DNA from: a virus
Taxonomy: Duplodnaviria; Heunggongvirae; Uroviricota; Caudoviricetes
Strand: one strand, 5' to 3'
Length of the DNA stretch: 4,491 nucleotides
IMG/VR virus record: IMGVR_UViG_2671180979_000013
This document shows, one piece after another, positions 1-4,491 of this stretch (the first letter of the stretch is position 1; the number at the start of each line of letters is the position of its first letter). Under the pieces are notes generated by a model, which was not told where the DNA came from, made no database searches, and saw only the letters and a program-made list of their open reading frames with translations. Made by a program: the position numbers and the translations under genes.

Positions 1-1184
1 CGGTCCTTCAGGGCGCTGAAGCTGTAGCGAAACCCCACGCCGTTATCATCCACCACCACATCGCTGTTGGTGTACGGCCACACCACATCCGACGGGCGGT
101 CCTGAACGAACGTCAGCGTCTGACCGTTCCATACCGGCATACAGCGCATCGCCGAGCAGAAATCACTGAGAACATCCCACGCCTTACGCTGTTGTGCCAG
201 GTACGCATTGAAGGTCATCCGCGGCTCGGTGCCCCCGAAGCCATCCGGCACCATCTGGTCGCAGTACTGCCCGATGGCATACAGCGCCCACTTGTCCACA
301 TCCGCCGCCCCCAGACGTTTTCCCATGCCGTAGCGCGGGTGAGTCAGCATGTCCCACAGGCACCAGGCAGGGTTGTTGCTGTATGCCGGTTTCAGGCTGC
401 CGTCCCAGATGCCGCTGTAAGTGCGTTTTTCCGGGTCATAGTTTGACGGTACCTGGATGATGCGACCGCGGATATGGTAGTTCACCGTCATCTGCTGACC
501 GCCAAACTGCTCCGCATCCACCTGCAGCCCCACAATCGCCGTGTTCGGGTAGCACTGTTTCACATCGATGATTTCGGTGTATGACGACCAGAGCGTCTTA
601 TTCTGCAACTGGTCCGTGGTGCTGTCCGCTGTCTCCCGGACCATCCGGATGTTAAAAGGACGGGGAGGCAGATTATCCAGAATCACCGACGCCAGGTACT
701 GTGAGGTGGTCTTGCCGTTAATGGTGACATCCTTTTCCGTCATCCATTTACCACCACGCTCAAGCTGAATCAGCAGGCGGACAGACGTCGGGTTACGGTC
801 ACCCTTTGAGGTGGTCTCCACCAGTGACTGCACCCCGAAGGTAACCCGCAGGCGGTCAATGTTCGCGGACGTAATGGTGCGCGTTACCGGCTTTGCCTTC
901 GTCACTTCCACGCCCAGTCCGGTTTCAGCTCCGGAGGACTCAAAGCCTTCCGGTGGTGTCTGCTCCTGCTCCCCAGCGCGCCAGACCGCGGTCACACCGT
1001 GTATCACAGGATTGCCGTCCGTGTCCGTCAGCGGGGTTTTGTTCACCAGGATACTCTGCAGCCCCTTCACCGGGCCTTCTATCGGTCCCTCACCAATCGC
1101 ATCAATCACACTCATCATCTGCGTGGATTTGAGATTGTCCTTCGCCTCGCGCGGTGTGTGCGCCTTGCCGCCACCTTTGCCCAT
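1..1184 (-). CDS. J: Host specificity / tail tip protein J, N-terminal ~394 codons; 3' end lies beyond the window start
   Basis: ATG at 1184..1182 on the minus strand, preceded by AAAGGGTGAG. My translation begins MGKGGGKAHTPREAKDNLKSTQMMSVIDAIGEGPIEGP...SNNPAWCLWDMLTHPRYGMGKRLGAADVDKWALY...CSAMRCMPVWNGQTLTFVQDRPSD, which matches the lambda gpJ N-terminus as I recall it. The frame stays open to position 1. Absent from the ORF track because no stop falls inside the window. Confidence 0.9.
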   Translation of the reverse strand, partial: MGKGGGKAHTPREAKDNLKSTQMMSVIDAIGEGPIEGPVKGLQSILVNKTPLTDTDGNPVIHGVTAVWRAGEQEQTPPEGFESSGAETGLGVEVTKAKPVTRTITSANIDRLRVTFGVQSLVETTSKGDRNPTSVRLLIQLERGGKWMTEKDVTINGKTTSQYLASVILDNLPPRPFNIRMVRETADSTTDQLQNKTLWSSYTEIIDVKQCYPNTAIVGLQVDAEQFGGQQMTVNYHIRGRIIQVPSNYDPEKRTYSGIWDGSLKPAYSNNPAWCLWDMLTHPRYGMGKRLGAADVDKWALYAIGQYCDQMVPDGFGGTEPRMTFNAYLAQQRKAWDVLSDFCSAMRCMPVWNGQTLTFVQDRPSDVVWPYTNSDVVVDDNGVGFRYSFSALKD

Positions 1185-1212
1185 TGTCTCACCCTTTACT
1201 GTGATAACTGTT

Positions 1213-1247
1213 ACGCACAAAAACAACAGGCATCCCGGAGGATGCCT
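1213..1247 (-). terminator. Perfect 9-bp stem / 4-nt loop hairpin followed on the minus strand by TTGTTTTTGTG; intrinsic-terminator-like, about 28 nt upstream of the J ATG
   Basis: Plus strand 1226..1247 is caggcatcc-cgga-ggatgcctg, a perfect inverted repeat. On the minus strand it is followed by ttgtttttgtgcg (plus 1225..1213). Function not demonstrated. Confidence 0.3.
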
Positions 1248-1286
1248 GCATCATGACGGAATAAAACTTCTGAATATCTTCACATT

Positions 1287-1315
1287 TTCACAAACTGACT
1301 GTGGTGCTAATAATT
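1287..1315 (+). promoter_or_regulatory. Candidate sigma70-like promoter on the plus strand, antisense to the tail operon
   Basis: TTCACA at 1287..1292, then a 15-17 nt spacer, then TAATAAT at 1308..1314. Each hexamer matches consensus at about 4 of 6 positions. It sits inside the AT-rich island, so chance matches are likely. Confidence 0.2.
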
Positions 1316-1387
1316 TCTCTGCGTTAATGTTTTTTTGCCCGAGCACCAGAAACAAAAATAACTCCTTAACGTTAATCTTTGTCTGTC

Positions 1388-1420
1388 CCCGCAACTCTGC
1401 GGGATTGTTTTATTCTTTTT
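1388..1420 (+). terminator. Plus-strand intrinsic-terminator-like hairpin with a T-rich tail
   Basis: cccgca (1388..1393), loop actc, tgcggg (1398..1403), then attgttttattcttttt (1404..1420). The T-tract overlaps the complement of the I stop codon. On the minus strand the A-tract precedes the stem, so it is not a terminator for the tail operon. Confidence 0.3.
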
Positions 1421-2099
1421 ACCCCTGCCGCCCGATAACCACAACCTTTCCGCCACCGCCTTCATCACGGGTACTGATGTCCTGGGATATCCGTCGTGAA
1501 CCAACCAGCATTTCACCATAAGGCACCGGCATCGGGTTACCCTGGGCAATCATATTGTCCAGTGAGGAAAAATACGTGTTCTGTTTACCGTTATCCGTTG
1601 CGCGGTAATCCGGTGTTTTTGCCTTCGGTGCCAGCATCTGGGCCACACCGCCCAGTATCATGCTAGCCCCCAGTGAAAACAGCATCGTGGTGGCAGAAAA
1701 ACCACCGGCTGCCAGGGCTGAACCCCATAACGCCATTGATGCCCCGGCCGTGAAGAACGACCCCACGATGGCCGCCGCCCCCAGCACAATCTGCAGTCCG
1801 CCCTTTCCGGCTCCGACCAGTCGCGGCACAATATGGATGACCGCCCCCTCACCCAGAGGTTCGTGAAGACGGGCGTACACCGCCTCCGGTGCCGTGTCCT
1901 CACCGCGAATACGTATCTGGTACCAGCCTTCGTTCATCTGACGGCGAAAGCCCGGCATCTGCATCGACAGGGCACGGATGGCTTCCGCTGCCGTGTTCAC
2001 GTACAGGCTGAGGCGGCGGCCAAATCGTTGCAAATCCCCGTGAAGGCAGATGCGTGCCAGTGGCGGTGACGCCAGACAGAATGCGTTCGTCGTTGCCAT
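1419..2099 (-). CDS. I: Tail assembly protein I (gpI-like), 226 aa
   Basis: Complete ORF in the track. The N-terminus MATTNAFCLASPPLARICLHGDLQRFGRR..., the tract HIVPRLVGAGKGG (Gly-Gly at residues 100-101), a Gly/Ala-rich hydrophobic segment, and the C-terminal NGKQNTYFSSLDNMIAQGN...GEMLVGSRRISQDIST match lambda gpI as I recall it. A GGGAGAGG Shine-Dalgarno-like motif lies upstream of the ATG. The start overlaps the K 3' end by 103 nt. Confidence 0.92.
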   Translation of the reverse strand: MATTNAFCLASPPLARICLHGDLQRFGRRLSLYVNTAAEAIRALSMQMPGFRRQMNEGWYQIRIRGEDTAPEAVYARLHEPLGEGAVIHIVPRLVGAGKGGLQIVLGAAAIVGSFFTAGASMALWGSALAAGGFSATTMLFSLGASMILGGVAQMLAPKAKTPDYRATDNGKQNTYFSSLDNMIAQGNPMPVPYGEMLVGSRRISQDISTRDEGGGGKVVVIGRQG

Positions 2100-2740
2100 T
2101 TTTCAGAATACCTCTCCCGTTTACTCAGTTGTTCAGGCAGATGGTGAAGCAGCTCACCGTTGCCGCAGTATATGGCGGCATGATTGGCCACCGATGCGCC
2201 AAAGCAGCACAGCAGAATATCGCCCGCCTGTGCAGAGGACAGGGGCACCCGGTAAAAGCCGGTGACCGCCATATTGTCCAGGTACAGGTTCTGGCCGTTG
2301 CGCCACCAGTCATCCTCACGCTCAAAATCCGGCATATCAATTCCCGCCAGATGGTAGGCATCCCGGAACAGCGTGTAACAGTCCGTCACCCCGTGCGCAA
2401 AGCGCCGTCCCGTCAGGTGCGGCACACAGCGGAATTTATGAATGTCCCCCCGGCAGACCAGCCACCAGGACAGTGCACTTTTTATCTGCAGCCGCCGGTC
2501 GGCCTCGCTCAGCCAGGGCAGACCACCGGGATGACTGTGGACCAGTGCCACAATCTCCCCCTGCATCTCTGCCCGCAGCCAGTCTTCCGGTGCAATACGA
2601 AAATACGCCTCCGGCTCTGCAGAGATATTCACACAAGGGATATACCGCTCCCCCTCCGGCGTTCTCACCACGAAGCCGCACGACTCCGCAGGCGCACACC
2701 GCCGGGCATGCGCCAGAATCGCTGATTCAGTCTGTGTCAT
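1997..2740 (-). CDS. K: Tail tip assembly protein K (gpK-like) with JAMM/MPN and NlpC/P60 motifs, 247 aa
   Basis: Start taken at the internal ATG 2740..2738 (MTQTESAILAHARRC...), 10 nt after the L stop; the 334-aa track ORF runs further upstream into L in another frame. The JAMM motif H-S-H-x7-S-x2-D is intact (HSHPGGLPWLSEAD; HSH encoded at 2539..2531). An NlpC/P60-like Cys (GVTDCYTLF, C121) and His (ANHAAIYCG, H187) are present. An unusually long lambda-like N-terminus is implied; a later start cannot be excluded. Confidence 0.85.
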   Translation of the reverse strand: MTQTESAILAHARRCAPAESCGFVVRTPEGERYIPCVNISAEPEAYFRIAPEDWLRAEMQGEIVALVHSHPGGLPWLSEADRRLQIKSALSWWLVCRGDIHKFRCVPHLTGRRFAHGVTDCYTLFRDAYHLAGIDMPDFEREDDWWRNGQNLYLDNMAVTGFYRVPLSSAQAGDILLCCFGASVANHAAIYCGNGELLHHLPEQLSKRERYSEKWQRRTHSVWRHRHWHASAFTGICNDLAAASACT

Positions 2741-2750
2741 AAAACAGGAT

Positions 2751-3449
2751 TTACTGCGAAAGTTTATTGATGGAAAGGAAACCGCCAAAATTAGCCACCA
2801 TGCCGCGCATCTCACACCCGCGCATGCACTTGCTGCATCTGTCCTTACGGATATCCGTGGTGGGTTTATCGAACTCATCCGCCACAGCCCCGCCCGTGTA
2901 ACCACACTCATCAGAGCGGTAGGTCCACATACAGGTGTTCGCCAGCATGATACGACCGGGAAACAGCGCTCCGTCCGTCTCCGTCGGTGTTGCCAGCACA
3001 AACGAGGCTGTCATGGCCGTCAGCTCTGACATCTGCTCCACCACCCAGCGGTCGCTCAGCTCCTGCTCCGGGTCCGCTTCCGGATTGCCCGCCACAAAAT
3101 TCACCGCATCCAGAAAACGGGCATACACCCGGCGGCGGACCACCGTGGCCCCCACCAGGCTCTGCAGGTCCTCCGCCATCCCGGTGACCAGACCAAACAG
3201 ATTGGACACCGTCAGCGACGGTCTGGCACTGCTGCCCTTCCCGTTCATCTCAAAACCGCTGCCGTCAATCGGGTATGCCTGATATTGCCGCCCCTGCCAG
3301 GTGACCGGCTCCCCTTTTTCATTCAGCTCATTACAGAAAAAATACCGCTCACCGCCCTGCACCGTCAGGTCAATTTCCCAGAGCACCACCCGCGGTGACT
3401 GCTCTGATTTAACCGACTCGTTCAGACTTTCTTCGTGAATATCCTGCAT
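2751..3449 (-). CDS. L: Tail tip protein L (gpL-like), 232 aa, full length
   Basis: Start at ATG 3449..3447 (MQDIHEESLNE...), overlapping the M stop as ATGA. The first 9 codons of the track ORF 2751..3476 are an upstream extension into M. The C-terminus ...CSKCMRGCEMRGMVANFGGFLSINKLSQ and the conserved tracts VVLWEIDL, GGERYFFCNE, PVTWQGRQYQ and FPGRIMLANTC match lambda gpL as I recall it. Confidence 0.92.
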   Translation of the reverse strand: MQDIHEESLNESVKSEQSPRVVLWEIDLTVQGGERYFFCNELNEKGEPVTWQGRQYQAYPIDGSGFEMNGKGSSARPSLTVSNLFGLVTGMAEDLQSLVGATVVRRRVYARFLDAVNFVAGNPEADPEQELSDRWVVEQMSELTAMTASFVLATPTETDGALFPGRIMLANTCMWTYRSDECGYTGGAVADEFDKPTTDIRKDRCSKCMRGCEMRGMVANFGGFLSINKLSQ

Positions 3450-3475
3450 CAGTTCACCACCTGCTCTATCGTGCA
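2847..3475. repeat. Direct repeat copy A (629 bp): 5' 603 bp of L plus the 3' end of M
   Basis: Hand alignment to 3863..4491 at a constant offset of 1016 bp gives about 26 substitutions and no indels, roughly 96% identity. Confidence 0.9.
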
Positions 3476-3790
3476 ACTGAAATCACTGTACCGGGCATTA
3501 TCCGTGACACTCCACTCACGGCACACAACCCTCACCGTCCGGTTATGTTTCGGCGGTCGCCACAAAAAGGCACGGTAACCACCATGCCACGATAAAAACT
3601 CTTCCAGCCAGCGCCGGGTTGACTCATCCGTCACCCGGAACACCGCCTGAAACGTCTTCAGTTGAGGATTCAGCCCTGTGGGGCGGCGCTGTTCATAACC
3701 GTCACCAAACCGCACCCTCACCACCGACGGCTTCTCACTCACCTGCATCCCTTCACGCGGGACCAGATGCAGCGTTTTTATCTCAGCCAC
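3449..3790 (-). CDS. M: Minor tail protein M (gpM-like), 113 codons, GTG start
   Basis: The C-terminus ...FSCTIEQVVN and the internal VRFGDGYEQR and WHGGYRAFLW tracts resemble lambda gpM. The start codon is GTG at 3790..3788 (checked by hand), preceded by GGAGG with an 8-nt spacer. An in-frame TGA lies immediately upstream of the GTG, so no longer N-terminus is possible. Confidence 0.8.
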   Translation of the reverse strand: MAEIKTLHLVPREGMQVSEKPSVVRVRFGDGYEQRRPTGLNPQLKTFQAVFRVTDESTRRWLEEFLSWHGGYRAFLWRPPKHNRTVRVVCREWSVTDNARYSDFSCTIEQVVN

Positions 3791-3862
3791 TCAGCATTCC
3801 TCCGTCACGTCGCATGGACAGCATCACCGCCTGCACCCGCTGGTCAATCAGCTGCACAAGAA
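3783..3862 (-). other. Orphaned 3'-terminal fragment (about 26 codons) of the gene upstream of M; by lambda gene order this would be the tape measure gene H
   Basis: A minus-strand frame reads ...LVQLIDQRVQAVMLSMRRDGGMLSG* with its TGA at 3785..3783, overlapping the M GTG start (GTGGCTGA). The frame is closed by a stop at 3893..3891, and sequence similarity to copy A ends at 3862/3863. Identification as H is by position only. Confidence 0.4.
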
Positions 3863-4465
3863 ACGGATATCCGTGGTGGGGTTGTCGAACTCATCCGCCA
3901 CAGCCCCGCCCGTGTAACCACACTCATCAGAGCGGTAGGTCCACATACAGGTGTTCGCCAGCATGATGCGACCGGGAAACAGCGCTCCGTCCGTCTCGGT
4001 CGGTGTAGCCAGCACAAACGAGGCCGTCATGGCTGTCAGCTGCGACATCTGCTCCACCACCCAGCGGTCACTCAGCTCCTGCTCCGGGTCCGCCTCCGGA
4101 TTGCCCGCAACGAAATTCACCGCATCCAGAAAACGGGCATACACCCGGCGGCGGACCACCGTGGCCCCCACCAGGCTCTGCAGGTCCTCCGCCATTCCGG
4201 TGACAAGGCCAAACAGATTGGACACCGTCAGCGACGGTCTGGCACTGCTGCCCTTCCCGTTCATCTCAAAGCCGCTGCCGTCAATCGGGTACGCCTGATA
4301 TTGCCGCCCCTGCCAGGTGACCGGCTCCCCTTTTTCATTCAGTTCATTGCAGAAAAAATAGCGCTCACCGCCCTGCACCGTCAGGTCGATTTCCCAGAGT
4401 ACCACACGCGGTGACTGCTCTGACTTAACCGACTCGTTCAGGCTTTCTTCGTGAATATCCTGCAT
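3848..4465 (-). pseudogene. Truncated second copy of L (L'): 202 gpL codons plus 3 unrelated codons (FLCS) and a stop
   Basis: 205-aa track ORF. Residues 1-202 differ from the L copy at 2751..3449 at only 2 positions (E to Q, K to N). The sequence diverges completely after ...PTTDIR, at plus coordinate 3862/3863. The start ATG 4465..4463 overlaps the stop of an upstream M copy as ATGA. Confidence 0.75.
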
Positions 4466-4491
4466 CAGTTCACCACCTGCTCTATCGTGCA
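3863..4491. repeat. Direct repeat copy B (629 bp, runs to the window edge): L' plus the 3' end of a second M
   Basis: Same alignment as copy A. Similarity ends sharply at 3862/3863; plus 3857..3862 caagaa does not match 2841..2846 gtcctt. Confidence 0.9.
4465..4491 (-). CDS. 3' end (last 8 codons plus stop) of a second M copy; the rest lies beyond the window end
   Basis: The reverse complement of 4468..4491 encodes CTIEQVVN followed by TGA (4467..4465), identical to the C-terminus of M at 3449..3790. Confidence 0.5.
   Translation of the reverse strand, partial: CTIEQVVN

Noticed and set aside
1287-1420. Assigning the candidate plus-strand transcript to a named prophage sRNA family
   Set aside because: I cannot match the sequence from memory to any named sRNA, so it remains an unnamed candidate pending a database search.
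811-1521. 236-aa plus-strand ORF, with nested plus-strand ORFs at 192..446, 568..768, 893..1132 and 999..1256
   Set aside because: Entirely antisense to the J coding region (apart from the spacer). The translations are low-complexity and Pro/Ser/Arg-rich, typical of antisense frames in GC-rich genes, and J on the minus strand is strongly supported.
1307-2699. Minus-strand alternative-frame ORFs 1307..1549, 1658..1903, 2125..2361 and 2436..2699
   Set aside because: All fall within or across I and K in other frames, have no recognisable features, and are shorter than and incompatible with the well-supported I and K calls.
2054-2725. 223-aa plus-strand ORF, with plus-strand ORFs at 1660..1866, 1833..2069, 2050..2265 and 2473..2742
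   Set aside because: Antisense to K and I. Arg/Pro/Gln-rich translations with no recognisable motifs; GC-rich antisense artefacts.
2741-3001. N-terminal 87 codons of the 334-aa minus-strand ORF 1997..3001
   Set aside because: This extension overlaps the 3' end of L in another frame. The gpK-like sequence begins at MTQTES (ATG 2740), directly after the L stop, so the longer start is an ORF-finder artefact.
3450-3476. First 9 codons (MHDRAGGEL) of minus-strand ORF 2751..3476
   Set aside because: They lie inside the M coding sequence. The gpL-like protein starts at MQDIHEE (ATG 3449) in the standard ATGA overlap with the M stop.
3662-4414. 250-aa plus-strand ORF, plus the paired 115-aa plus-strand ORFs at 2935..3282 and 3951..4298 and the ORFs at 2987..3187 and 3619..3966
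   Set aside because: Antisense to M, L and L'. The two near-identical 115-aa ORFs are simply the direct repeat seen in an antisense frame, not a duplicated gene.
3848-4465. Treating L' as a second intact L gene
   Set aside because: Its C-terminus departs from L exactly at the repeat boundary and ends after 3 unrelated codons. The conserved gpL C-terminal about 30 residues are missing.
1-4491. CRISPR arrays, tRNA or rRNA genes, insertion-sequence ends, integrase or att sites, or a defence-system gene cluster
   Set aside because: There are no regularly spaced short repeats, no tRNA-like cloverleaf candidates, no terminal inverted repeats flanking a transposase-like ORF, and every substantial ORF is accounted for by tail genes. 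Claiming a novel system here would not be supported by the sequence.

Overview
This window is the tail-tip assembly module of a lambda-like (lambdoid) prophage or phage of an enterobacterium, with every gene on the minus strand. The gene order, read along the minus strand, is: 3' end of a second M copy, a truncated second L copy, a short remnant of the upstream gene, then M, L, K, I and the 5' part of J. Calls rest on my own translation and recalled similarity to lambda gpM, gpL, gpK, gpI and gpJ; no database search was run. I did not find a convincing novel defence or other multi-gene system; this is a canonical structural module. Two things are not explained by the canonical layout. First, a 629-bp direct repeat (2847-3475 and 3863-4491, about 96% identical, no indels) creates a truncated L copy joined abruptly at 3862/3863 to the end of the upstream gene frame. 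Second, the I-J spacer is a 234-bp AT-rich island (about 33% G+C against about 57% in the genes) that carries promoter-like, terminator-like and palindromic motifs and is fully open in the J reading frame. All long plus-strand ORFs in the track are antisense artefacts of the GC-rich tail genes.
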